A stretch of 37,775 bases of DNA from Escherichia phage vB_EcoP_K, in the sequence record NC_047809.1; one strand, 5' to 3'. The first letter of the stretch is position 1, and the number at the start of each line of letters is the position of its first letter. The notes under the pieces are model-generated. The model was not told the DNA's origin and did no database searches. It worked only from the letters and a program-made list of their open reading frames with translations. The translations under genes were made by a program, and so were the position numbers. Positions 1-10,100 of the stretch are shown piece by piece.

Positions 1-217
1 TAAGCGTAACACATCTACTGGGAAGGCTGAGGTTACTAGTGGAGCACAGCACACTCAGGCTCTGAACCGTGCACAGCGTAAAGCTGTATACGTCAAGAAT
101 GCTGCCCCGGCAGGTGCTGCTGCCGCTGCTAGCTTGTCTGCTGAAGATTTGGTTGCTGCTGTTCGTGCAGTGATGGCTAATGACATTAAGCCGACTGCAA
201 TGAAACCTGCTGAGTAA
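1..217 (+). CDS. 3' end of an ORF (72 codons, codons phased from nt 2; stop 215-217); probable C-terminal segment of the major capsid gene whose 5' part lies at 36788-37775
   Basis: Open frame ...GKAEVTSGAQ...AAPAGAAAAASLSAEDLVAAVRAVMANDIKPTAMKPAE*; sits immediately upstream of the tail tubular A gene as the capsid gene does in T7-like genomes; summed length 329+72 codons is about the size of an SP6-type capsid. Confidence 0.5.
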   Translation, partial: KRNTSTGKAEVTSGAQHTQALNRAQRKAVYVKNAAPAGAAAAASLSAEDLVAAVRAVMANDIKPTAMKPAE

Positions 218-225
218 TACCTATG

Positions 226-258
226 CCCTATCTACCTTGCGTAGGTAGGGTTCTTTTT
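226..258 (+). terminator. Rho-independent terminator after the capsid gene (T7 T-phi equivalent)
   Basis: 9-bp stem CCCTATCTA / TAGGTAGGG (one G-U), 7-nt loop CCTTGCG, followed by TTCTTTTT; immediately after stop at 215-217. Confidence 0.7.
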
Positions 259-271
259 GTTAGGAGGGTTC

Positions 272-1009
272 ATGCCTGTAATTAGACAAACCAGTAAAGT
301 AGGTCATATGATGGAAGATGTGGCCTTCCAGATTATTGATAGTAAGCTGGAAGCGGTAAACTTGTGTATGCGAGCTATTGGTCGTGAGGGTGTGGATTCT
401 CTCGACTCAGGTGACTTGGACGCAGAAGATGCAAGCAAGATGATCGACATCGTATCCCAGCGATTCCAGTACAACAAAGGAGGTGGCTGGTGGTTCAATC
501 GTGAACCAAACTGGCAGATTGCACCTGATACCAATGGTGAAGTCAATCTACCTAACAACTGCCTAGCAGTATTGCAGTGTTATGCTTTGGGTGAGAAGAA
601 AGTACCCATGACTATGCGAGCAGGTAAGCTCTACTCTACATGGAGTCATACCTTTGATATGCGTAAGCATGTGAATGCTAATGGTATGATTCGTCTTACC
701 TTACTTACCTTACTTCCATATGAGCATCTACCTACTAGTGTAATGCAGGCTATTGCCTATCAAGCTGCTGTAGAGTTTATTGTGTCTAAGGATGCAGATC
801 AGACTAAGCTAGCCACTGCACAGCAGATTGCCACTCAGCTTCTAATGGATGTGCAATCAGAACAAATGTCACAAAAGCGATTGAATATGCTTGTGCATAA
901 TCCTACGCAGCGTCAGTTCGGTATTATGGCAGGTGGTTCTCAGAATGCACCTGCTTACTCTCATTCACCATATGACAGTTGGGCACTTCGTCCGTGGGAG
1001 GATCGTTAA
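272..1009 (+). CDS. Tail tubular protein A (T7 gp11-like)
   Basis: AGGAGGG upstream of ATG 272; product has ...IGREGVDSLDSGD...GGGWWFN... resembling the N-terminal region of T7 gp11; position between capsid and gp12 homologue. Start uncertain (272 or 308). Confidence 0.65.
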   Translation: MPVIRQTSKVGHMMEDVAFQIIDSKLEAVNLCMRAIGREGVDSLDSGDLDAEDASKMIDIVSQRFQYNKGGGWWFNREPNWQIAPDTNGEVNLPNNCLAVLQCYALGEKKVPMTMRAGKLYSTWSHTFDMRKHVNANGMIRLTLLTLLPYEHLPTSVMQAIAYQAAVEFIVSKDADQTKLATAQQIATQLLMDVQSEQMSQKRLNMLVHNPTQRQFGIMAGGSQNAPAYSHSPYDSWALRPWEDR

Positions 1010-3408
1010 TGGAAGTACAAGGTTCATTAGGGAGGCAAATCCAAGGGATTAGCCAGCAACCACCAGCGGTACGTCTTGATGGCCAATGTACGACTATGGT
1101 GAACATGGTCCCTGATGTAGTGAATGGGACTCAATCCCGCATGGGTACAACTCACATTGCTAAGCTCTTGGATGAAGGTACAGATAATATGGCAACGCAC
1201 CATTATCGCAGGGGTGAGGGGGATGAAGAGTATTTCTTCACCTTAAAGAAGGGGCAAGTGCCAGAGATATTTGATAAGCATGGACGCAAGTGCAATGTCA
1301 CCTCTCAAGATGCACCTATGACCTACCTTTCTGAAGTTGTTAACCCTAGGGAAGATGTGCAATTCATGACTATAGCTGATGTTACTTTTATGCTTAACCG
1401 TAGGAAAGTGGTTAAAGTTAGTAATAGGAAGTCACCTAAAGTTGGAGATAAAGCCATTGTGTTTTGTGCATATGGTCAATACGGTACATCTTATTCTATC
1501 ATAATTAATGGAACTACAGCTGCTAGTTTTAAAACACCAGATGGGGGAAGTGCAGAACATGTTGAACAAATACGAACGGAACGTATCACTTCTGAATTGT
1601 ACTCCAAGTTGCAGCAATGGAGTGGTGTGAATGACTATGAAATACAAAGAGATGGTACGAGCATATTTATAAAGAGACGCGATGGTAAAAGTTTCACAGT
1701 AACAACTACCGATGGTGCAAAAGGTAAGGACTTAGTGGCTATCAAGAATAAAGTTAGCTCTACTGACCTACTCCCTTCTCGTGCGCCTGCTGGTTATAAA
1801 GTACAAGTGTGGCCTGCTGGCAGCAAACCTGAGTCTCGTTACTGGCTGCAAGCTGAGCCTAAAGAGGGAAACCTTGTGTCTTGGAAAGAAACAATAGCTG
1901 CTGATGTATTACTTGGGTTTGATAAAGGCACAATGCCTTACATTATTGAACGTACAGGTATCATCGACGGCATAGTTCAATTCAAGATAAGACAAGGTGA
2001 TTGGGAAGATCGTAAAGTAGGGGATGACTTGACTAACCCTATGCCCTCTTTTATTGATGAGGAAGTACCCCAGACAATAGGTGGAATGTTCATGGTGCAG
2101 AACCGCCTATGCTTTACAGCAGGTGAAGCGGTTATTGCTTCTCGTACATCATACTTCTTCGATTTCTTTCGTTATACGGTTATCTCTGCATTGGCAACTG
2201 ACCCATTTGATATTTTCTCAGATGCTAGTGAGGTCTACCAGCTAAAACATGCAGTGACCTTAGATGGCGCTACCGTGTTGTTCTCTGATAAGTCACAATT
2301 TATACTGCCAGGCGATAAGCCTTTAGAGAAGTCAAATGCATTGCTTAAGCCTGTTACAACATTTGAAGTGAACAATAAAGTGAAGCCAGTAGTAACGGGT
2401 GAATCAGTAATGTTTGCCACTAATGATGGTTCTTACTCTGGTGTACGAGAGTTCTATACAGACTCTTATAGTGACACTAAGAAGGCACAAGCAATCACAA
2501 GTCATGTGAATAAACTCATCGAAGGTAACATTACCAACATGGCAGCAAGCACCCATGTTAACAGGTTACTTGTCACTACCGATAAGTATCGTAACATAAT
2601 CTACTGCTACGATTGGTTATGGCAAGGAACAGACCGTGTACAATCAGCATGGCATGTATGGAAGTGGCCTATAGGTACAAAGGTGCGAGGTATGTTTTAT
2701 TCTGGTGAATTACTTTACCTGCTCCTTGAGCGAGGAGATGGCGTATATCTGGAGAAGATGGACATGGGTGATGCACTAACCTACGGTTTGAATGACCGCA
2801 TCAGAATGGATAGGCAAGCAGAGTTAGTCTTCAAGCATTTTAAAGCAGAAGATGAATGGGTGTCTGAACAGCTTCCTTGGACTCCTACTAACCCAGAGCT
2901 TTTGGATTGCATCTTAATAGACGGATGGGATTCATATATTGGTGGTTCTTTCCTATTCAAATACAACCCCGGTGATAACACCTTGTCTACAACCTTTGAT
3001 ATGCATGATAGCCACGTAAAAGCGAAGGTTATTGTTGGTCAGATTTACCCTCAAGAGTTTGAACCAACACCTGTAGTTATCAGAGATAGGCAAGACCGTG
3101 TATCCTATATTGATGTACCTGTTGTGGGGTTGGTTCACCTTAATCTTGATATGTATCCTGATTTCTCCGTGGAGGTTAAGAATGTGAAGAGTGGTAAAGT
3201 ACGCAGGGTGCTAGCGTCAAACCGCATAGGTGGCGCTCTCAACAATACAGTAGGTTATGTTGAACCGAGAGAGGGTGTCTTCAGATTCCCACTGAGAGCT
3301 AAGAGCACTGATGTTGTTTATCGTATTATTGTAGAGTCACCTCACACATTCCAGCTTCGTGATATTGAGTGGGAAGGAAGCTACAATCCAACCAAAAGGA
3401 GGGTCTAA
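1009..3408 (+). CDS. Tail tubular protein B (T7 gp12-like), 799 aa
   Basis: Start ATG overlaps gp11 stop (TAATG) with GGGAGGA upstream; N-terminus MEVQGSLGRQIQGISQQP resembles T7 gp12 N-terminus (..GGISQQP..); size and synteny. Confidence 0.85.
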   Translation: MEVQGSLGRQIQGISQQPPAVRLDGQCTTMVNMVPDVVNGTQSRMGTTHIAKLLDEGTDNMATHHYRRGEGDEEYFFTLKKGQVPEIFDKHGRKCNVTSQDAPMTYLSEVVNPREDVQFMTIADVTFMLNRRKVVKVSNRKSPKVGDKAIVFCAYGQYGTSYSIIINGTTAASFKTPDGGSAEHVEQIRTERITSELYSKLQQWSGVNDYEIQRDGTSIFIKRRDGKSFTVTTTDGAKGKDLVAIKNKVSSTDLLPSRAPAGYKVQVWPAGSKPESRYWLQAEPKEGNLVSWKETIAADVLLGFDKGTMPYIIERTGIIDGIVQFKIRQGDWEDRKVGDDLTNPMPSFIDEEVPQTIGGMFMVQNRLCFTAGEAVIASRTSYFFDFFRYTVISALATDPFDIFSDASEVYQLKHAVTLDGATVLFSDKSQFILPGDKPLEKSNALLKPVTTFEVNNKVKPVVTGESVMFATNDGSYSGVREFYTDSYSDTKKAQAITSHVNKLIEGNITNMAASTHVNRLLVTTDKYRNIIYCYDWLWQGTDRVQSAWHVWKWPIGTKVRGMFYSGELLYLLLERGDGVYLEKMDMGDALTYGLNDRIRMDRQAELVFKHFKAEDEWVSEQLPWTPTNPELLDCILIDGWDSYIGGSFLFKYNPGDNTLSTTFDMHDSHVKAKVIVGQIYPQEFEPTPVVIRDRQDRVSYIDVPVVGLVHLNLDMYPDFSVEVKNVKSGKVRRVLASNRIGGALNNTVGYVEPREGVFRFPLRAKSTDVVYRIIVESPHTFQLRDIEWEGSYNPTKRRV

Positions 3409-4133
3409 TGGCTATAGGTTCAGCCGTTATGTCTGGTATGTCTTCTCTAGGTAGTATGTTTGCAGGTAGCGGTGCAGCAGCCGCTGCTGGAGGTACTGCC
3501 GCAGCAGGTGGTGGAGGTTTACTAGGTTCCGTGGGAGGTTTCCTAAGTGGTTCCACTGGTGGCTTCTCCAATGCAGGCTTGCTTAGTGCAGGTATGCAAG
3601 GACTAGGGCTTATAGGTAATCTTTTTGGTGGAAGGGATGAAGCCAAAGCTATGAAGAAGGCTCAGGAGGAGCAATGGCGGCAGCAGTTAATTGCTACGCA
3701 GGAGGCATACAAAACAGTAGCAGATGCAGAACGCTCTGCTGCTAAACAGTACCATGCAGACGCAATAAGCAATCAGGCTTCACTACTACAGCAGCGAGCA
3801 CAGGTTGCATTACTTGCAGGTGCAACTGGTACTGGTGGTAACTCTGTGTCTTCTATGCTGAATGATTTGGCAGCAGAGGGAGGGAGAAACCAGAGTACAA
3901 TTATTGATAACTATGAGAATCAGAAGATTAATTTCACCAACCAGCTTAAGTCCATTCAACGCGGTGGACAGATGCAGATGCGTGAGTTTAAGAAGCCTTC
4001 TGCCGTAAGTACCTTGGTTCAAGGTATTCCAAGTCTTGCATCTGCCTATGTAATGGGTAGCAAGTCTGGTATGGCTTTAGGTAAAGCTTTAACTGATTCT
4101 CGTACATATTCATCTGGAACAAGAGGTATTTAA
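3408..4133 (+). CDS. Internal virion protein, glycine-rich N-terminus (gp13/gp14-position)
   Basis: ATG overlapping preceding stop, AAGGAGGG upstream; Gly/Ala-rich hydrophobic N-terminal third; synteny between gp12 and the large internal virion proteins. Confidence 0.5.
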   Translation: MAIGSAVMSGMSSLGSMFAGSGAAAAAGGTAAAGGGGLLGSVGGFLSGSTGGFSNAGLLSAGMQGLGLIGNLFGGRDEAKAMKKAQEEQWRQQLIATQEAYKTVADAERSAAKQYHADAISNQASLLQQRAQVALLAGATGTGGNSVSSMLNDLAAEGGRNQSTIIDNYENQKINFTNQLKSIQRGGQMQMREFKKPSAVSTLVQGIPSLASAYVMGSKSGMALGKALTDSRTYSSGTRGI

Positions 4134-7081
4134 TGGCAATTGAGCGACAAGCAGTACAAGGTCTGCCACAAGTGCAGGCCACTTCTCCTAATGTCATGAC
4201 CTTTGCACCTCAGCAAGTTGGAGGTGTGGAGGCTGGCGTAGCTTCTACCTCCGGTAGTCGATTTATCGAAGACCTTATTCGAGCAGCCAGCAGTGTAGCT
4301 GATGTTACCACTGGTATCCTTAATCAGAAGATTGAGGAAGATAAGGTTGTTCAAATGGAACGGGCATATAATGGATTAATGCCCTCTGAGGATGCAACTC
4401 GTGGTGGCGCTCGTGCTAACATGCTTGTCAAAGCTCAACTGCTGGCTAATGATGAAGCAGCACGAATGAAAGACATGGCTACTCGTTTCCAAGGAACGGA
4501 TGACGAGTGGACACAACTCATGGTCGATTCTCGTAATGAGATGCAGAATAAGCTGTTCCAGCAATACCCAGAGTTGCAAGGTGACAAAGATACTATGCGT
4601 ATGGTCACTAATGTCTTCCAAGAACAGCAGCCTCAGATTTGGGCTACACGAACCAAGCATAAACTTGACCGTGAACAAGCAGACCGTGAGGATACCTTTG
4701 ACGGGCGAGTGGCTTCTACTTGGGATTCTAATATTGACCCTGAGGCCTCTGGCTATGCTTTACAGGAACGAATCCGCGAAGGTCTGACTCAAGGATTACT
4801 ACCTGAACAGATGTACAAGAAGTTAGTCCAGCGGGCAATTTCACTTGCACAAGGTGGGGATGTTAGCATGGCTGAAGCCCTGAAGTATGTGAAGGACGAT
4901 AAGGGCGTTTCTGTTTATGCTAAGAATCCACAGCTTATCACAGCCATCACTAGTGGTAATGCAGTTTGGGCTAGGAATAATGTAGCTGATGTAACTCGTA
5001 TGTCTTTCGAAGTTAAAGAATCATACCTTGCAGGCGATTTAACTGATGAAGAATTATTGGAACGAGCACAGCACATTAATAATCTGACAGGTAACTCTGT
5101 CTTCTCTAATCCAGAGCTAGAGGCACTGATGCGCCAACGGGCTAAGCAGAATGCAGAGCTAGGTGCAATGCAGGATATGCGACGTGAGCTTTACTCCGAC
5201 CGCCTGACTGGCTTCCAAGGTAAGACTGATAAAGAGAAGAAGGCTTACATTGATGTTATCAAACAGGATAGCCAACTTTATGCAGACCAGCAAATCAAAC
5301 AACGTGGCTTGGACCCTTACAGTCAAGAGGCTGAAGCTATTCGTGGTGCAGTGGAAGTGCAGCGCCTGCAATTCATGAACTCCAAAGGCTTAGTGGATGA
5401 TACCTTTGAGTCTCGTATCAAAGCCATGGAATCTATGCTATCTCCTGAGCACTTTGCCAAGGGCGAACCACAGGAGTTGATGACTATTCGTCAGTTGTGG
5501 GAACAGTTGCCAGAAGAGAGCCGAGGTGTCTTTGGTGACACGGTGAATGGCTACATGGATAACTACAACACTGCACTACAAATGGGAGAGACACCTTTGC
5601 AGGCTGCAAGGTTTGCGCGTGAAGCACAGCAGAAATTCTCTCGTACTGAGAAGGAAAACAAGAAGTTCAACTCAGCTATTGGAGATGCACTGGATGAGGT
5701 ATCTGGTGCTGGCTGGTTTGATGGTAAAACCGAAGTGTCAGACTTAGGTAAAGCTATTGCGGAAGAAGAGTTACGAGCTAAGGCCAATATGCTGTGGTCT
5801 AGCGGTATGCGTAACATGGATTCTATCAAGAAGGCTTTAATTACTTGGGGCAATAAACGCTACACTCAATCAGAGGATGCAAAGACTTCAGGTGGCTATT
5901 TCATTAAAGGTGATTACACTTCTGCATCTGATATGCTTATGTCAGTTGGGAAAGGTGTAAACCCTACCGATGTCCCTCTGGCGCTTGGTAGGTATGTAGA
6001 AACACAGATGCCAGAATTGAAGAAGGAGCTTCAAGAGTGGGAAACTAAGGATGATGTGTACATTGATTACAATGAACAGAAAGGAACTTTTGTGATTCGT
6101 GCTGGTGCAGCAGGTCGCCCTCTTTCTGGAGTAATCCCTGTAACTTCTTTGGATACCACTTCACTACTGGATTCTGCCTATCAGAAGAAAGTAGAAGAAC
6201 GAGACAAAGGCGAGTATGTTCATCCCTATCGTACAGGTATCGGTGCACAAGAACCAATGCCAGCTAAGCCAACTGCCAAAGATATTGGTAAATTTGGACT
6301 AGCTAACTTCCTCATGTCTTCTGCTTTTGCTTCTGGTGAGAATCTGCCTTCTAACTTCGAGATTAACTATCGAGGTAATATGCAACAATTCTATGACAAG
6401 CTAGCTATGGATGAGAATAAAGATAAAGTTGGCTTTAATAAGGCAACTGGAACCTTTACTCCATATAAAGACGCTCACGGTGAGTCTATCGGTTACGGTC
6501 ATTTCTTAACGGAAGAAGAGAAGCGAAACGGGTATATTAAGATTGGCGATGAACTAGTTCCCTATCGAGGGTCTATGTCTCAGCTTACAGAGAGTAAGGC
6601 TCGCGCTCTTATGGAGCAAGATGCTAAGAAGCATGTGCCTCCTACTCGTGACTGGAAGATTCCGTTTGACCAGATGCATCCTGCACAGCAACGTGGCTTG
6701 ATGGATTTAACCTACAATTTAGGTAAAGGTGGAATCCAGAACTCACCGCGTGCTCTTGCTGCATTCAAAGCTGGTAAACTTACGGAAGGCTTTATCGAAA
6801 TGCTGGGTACTGCATCTAGTGAAGGTAAACGTGTTTCTGGCTTACTGAAGCGACGTGCTGAGGCTTACAATATGGCATCTGCTGGTGGTGTGCCTAAGAT
6901 TACCGAAGTGGAGACTCGTGAAGATGGCTCCATGTGGGTTAGATTTGGTGGCCCTATGCCAGCAGGTTCTGTCTCGGCATGGACTCATAAACTTATTGGC
7001 GCGGATGGTTGGTATCAGGTTTATGATGCTGCACCTACCAAGTTAGCTAAAGATTCTAAGGTAGGTAAAGTTAAATTGTAG
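4133..7081 (+). CDS. Internal virion (ejection) protein with C-terminal lysozyme-like muralytic domain, 982 aa
   Basis: Residues ~778-900 (nt ~6464-6830) carry YKDAHGESIGYGH...LMDLTYNLGKGG...ALAAFKAG resembling T4/P22-type lysozyme motifs (YKDTEGYYTIGIGH; ..IFNIGKSAFAGS..); size and position typical of podovirus core proteins. Confidence 0.7.
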   Translation: MAIERQAVQGLPQVQATSPNVMTFAPQQVGGVEAGVASTSGSRFIEDLIRAASSVADVTTGILNQKIEEDKVVQMERAYNGLMPSEDATRGGARANMLVKAQLLANDEAARMKDMATRFQGTDDEWTQLMVDSRNEMQNKLFQQYPELQGDKDTMRMVTNVFQEQQPQIWATRTKHKLDREQADREDTFDGRVASTWDSNIDPEASGYALQERIREGLTQGLLPEQMYKKLVQRAISLAQGGDVSMAEALKYVKDDKGVSVYAKNPQLITAITSGNAVWARNNVADVTRMSFEVKESYLAGDLTDEELLERAQHINNLTGNSVFSNPELEALMRQRAKQNAELGAMQDMRRELYSDRLTGFQGKTDKEKKAYIDVIKQDSQLYADQQIKQRGLDPYSQEAEAIRGAVEVQRLQFMNSKGLVDDTFESRIKAMESMLSPEHFAKGEPQELMTIRQLWEQLPEESRGVFGDTVNGYMDNYNTALQMGETPLQAARFAREAQQKFSRTEKENKKFNSAIGDALDEVSGAGWFDGKTEVSDLGKAIAEEELRAKANMLWSSGMRNMDSIKKALITWGNKRYTQSEDAKTSGGYFIKGDYTSASDMLMSVGKGVNPTDVPLALGRYVETQMPELKKELQEWETKDDVYIDYNEQKGTFVIRAGAAGRPLSGVIPVTSLDTTSLLDSAYQKKVEERDKGEYVHPYRTGIGAQEPMPAKPTAKDIGKFGLANFLMSSAFASGENLPSNFEINYRGNMQQFYDKLAMDENKDKVGFNKATGTFTPYKDAHGESIGYGHFLTEEEKRNGYIKIGDELVPYRGSMSQLTESKARALMEQDAKKHVPPTRDWKIPFDQMHPAQQRGLMDLTYNLGKGGIQNSPRALAAFKAGKLTEGFIEMLGTASSEGKRVSGLLKRRAEAYNMASAGGVPKITEVETREDGSMWVRFGGPMPAGSVSAWTHKLIGADGWYQVYDAAPTKLAKDSKVGKVKL

Positions 7082-7095
7082 TACCTAACTCAAGG

Positions 7096-7117
7096 CTTGT
7101 CTCACATGTGAGACAGG
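7096..7117 (+). promoter_or_regulatory. Conserved palindromic stem-loop, copy 1 (CTTGTCTCACATGTGAGACAGG), possible terminator or RNA processing site
   Basis: Near-perfect inverted repeat 15 nt after stop at 7081, followed by TCTTTAT; same motif recurs at 21711, 22888 and 27950. Confidence 0.45.
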
Positions 7118-7145
7118 TCTTTATGATAGGCACTATGGAGGAACT

Positions 7146-10100
7146 ATGGAACAAGATATTAAGACTAATTGGGCTGGATATGTCCAGTCTACTCCTGAGC
7201 CGTTTTCTATTGAGGCGGCTCCGGTATCGGCTCCTACGATACGCCAGCGTAATGAGTTACAAGAGCAAGTTCTTGAAGCCAAAGCTGATGCGGACATCTT
7301 AGGTGCTGTAGGTGCTGCCTTCCAGAATGAATGGTTGGCATTTGGAGGTAAGCGATGGTATGACCGTGCCACTGCTGATTTCACACCTCAACCTGACTTT
7401 GAAATCCAACCGGAGCAACGTGAAGCTCTTCGCTTCAAATACGGCACGGATATGATGCAGACAATCATTGAGGGTGTTCGTTCTGAGGATGAATTGAACT
7501 TCCGTATTCAGAATGCTGATGAAGACCTTGAGCGTAATAAACGTATTGCGCAGGCTGGCTGGGTTGGCTCTGTGGCAACGATTGGTGCTGCTGTGCTCGA
7601 CCCTGTTGGCTGGGTTGCCTCTATTCCAACCGGTGGTGCAGCTAAAGTTGGGCTTGTAGGCCGTGCTGTGCGTGGTGCTATCGCCGCTGGCGTGAGTAAT
7701 GCCGCTATTGAATCCGTATTGGTCCAAGGTGACATGACTCGTGATTTAGATGACATTATGGTGGCACTAGGCTCGGGCATGGCGATGGGTGGCGTTATCG
7801 GCGCTGTAGCGCGTGGTAGGGCCACTAAGCTCAGTGAGCAAGGGGATGACAGAGCGGCAAGCATTGTGCGCAGTGCAGACGCAGGGGACCGCTATGTGCG
7901 TGCTGTTGCTGATGACAGTATCGGTGCGATGCGTGTTAAGGGTGAAGAGGTACTCACTGAGGGTGCATTCGATATCTCTAGCAAAGGTGAAGATTTGCTG
8001 AAAACCCTACAGCGGGAAGGTAATGCAATTGATATGACACCTCGCCGCTGGGCCGGAACTATGTCTGCCCTTGGTACTGTCGTGCACTCCTCTCAGGATG
8101 CAAGTGTACGTGGTCTTGGTGCTCGCCTGTTTGAGTCCCCGCAAGGCTTAGGTGCACAGAAGGCATCGGCTAGTCTCATGCAGAATACTAACTTGAATCG
8201 TCTGAAATCTGCTGATATGAACCGTTTCAATGATGGGTTCGATTTATGGCTCAAAGAGAATAATATCAATCCGGTTGCAGGTCATACTAACTCTCACTAT
8301 GTGCAGCAATATAATGAGAAGGTATGGGAAGCTGTACGCATCGGTATGGATGAGTCTACGCCTAAGTCTATCCGTATGGCAGCAGAGGGGCAGCAAGCTA
8401 TGTATCGAGAAGCCTTAGCTTTACGGAAGAGCTCTGGTGAAGCTGGGTTTGAAAAGGTTAAAGCAGATGATAAGTACATGCCTGATATTTTTGACAGTAT
8501 GAAGGCTCGTCGTCAATTTAGTATGCACGATAAGGAGGACATCATTGAGCTATTCTCTCGTGCATACCAGAATGGTTCTCGTAAGGTTCCAAAGGAAGTG
8601 GCTGATGAGATTGCACGTGCACAAGTAAACCGTGTTGTGGATGCCACTCTGACAGGACGTATGAGTTTCGAAAAGGCTATGTCTGGTCAGACTAAAGCAG
8701 AGTATGAAGCAATAATGCGCAAGGCAGGCTTCAGTGATGAAGAAATTGAAAAGATGGTAGAAGCTCTTGATAATAAAGAAACCAGAGATAATATCTCTAA
8801 CCGAGCTAAGATGAGTTTAGGCTTAGATGTTACTCAAGAGTACAATGGCATTCGTATGCGTGACTTTATGAATACTAACGTGGAAGAGTTGACAGATAAC
8901 TACATGAAGGAAGCGGCAGGTGGTGCTGCCTTGGCTCGTCAAGGTTTCTCTACCTATCAGGCTGCACTTAATGCAATTGACCTTGTAGAGCGAAATGCAC
9001 GAAATGCAGCTAAAGATACAAAAGCACACGCACAATTTGAAGCGGAGTCTGCTAAGATTCGTCAATCAGAGCCTGATTACAAGAAGGCACAAGAGAAGAT
9101 TGAAGAGTTAAAGAAGCGACTTAAATTGAAAGAGAAAGATGAAGCAGCGGGTCTGGCTATTGATGAAGAAATCCGTCAGATGCGAGAAGGGCTTCGCTTA
9201 ATTATGGGTAAATCTATCGATGCAGACCCACAGGCTTTATCTACTAAAATGCTGCGTCGTGGTCGTGATATTACAGGTGTACTTCGCTTAGGTCAGATGG
9301 GCTTCGCACAGCTAGGTGAACTTGCTAACTTCATGGGTGAGTTTGGTATTGCTGCAACCACTATAGCTTTAGGTAAGCAATTCCGCTTTACATCTAAGGC
9401 TTTGCGGAGCGGTGATGGCTTCTTCCGAGATAAGAACTTGGCAGAAGTAGAGAGGATGGTAGGTTACATTGGTGAGGATAACTGGCTAACAACCAAGGGT
9501 GCACGTCCAGATGAGTTTGGTGATGTAACCACAGTAAGAGGGATGATGGCTCACTTTGACCAATCCATGAACTCAATACGTCGTGCTCAAACCAACCTAT
9601 CACTCTTCCGCATGGCACAGGGTTCTCTGGAGCGAATGACCAATAGGCAAATAGCTTTGTCTTTCATTGACCACCTTGAAGGCAAGAAGATTATTCCTCA
9701 GAAGAAACTGGAGGAACTTGGTCTTACTCAGGAGTTCATGACTAACCTACAGAAGCACTATGATGCTAACTCTAAAGGTTCTGGCTTGCTTGGCTTTGAT
9801 ACAATGCCTTATGCCATGGGTGAAACTTTAGCTAATGCTATTCGTCGTAAGTCAGGTCTAATTATCCAACGTAACTTCATTGGTGATGAAGGTATCTGGA
9901 TGAACAAAGCACTAGGTAAGACATTTGCACAGCTTAAGTCATTCTCTCTTGTATCTGGTGAGAAGCAATTTGGTCGAGGGATTCGCCACGATAAAATTGG
10001 TCTTGCTAAGAAGACAGCTTACGGGTTTGCTTTGGGTTCAATAGTGTATGCGGCAAAAGCCTATGTGAACTCTATTGGGCGAGAAGACCAAGATGAATAT

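Noticed and set aside
7299-7864. Minus-strand ORFs of 142 and 118 aa
   Set aside because: Antisense to the 1102-aa internal virion protein gene; Ala/Pro-rich low-complexity translations arising from the GC-rich coding region
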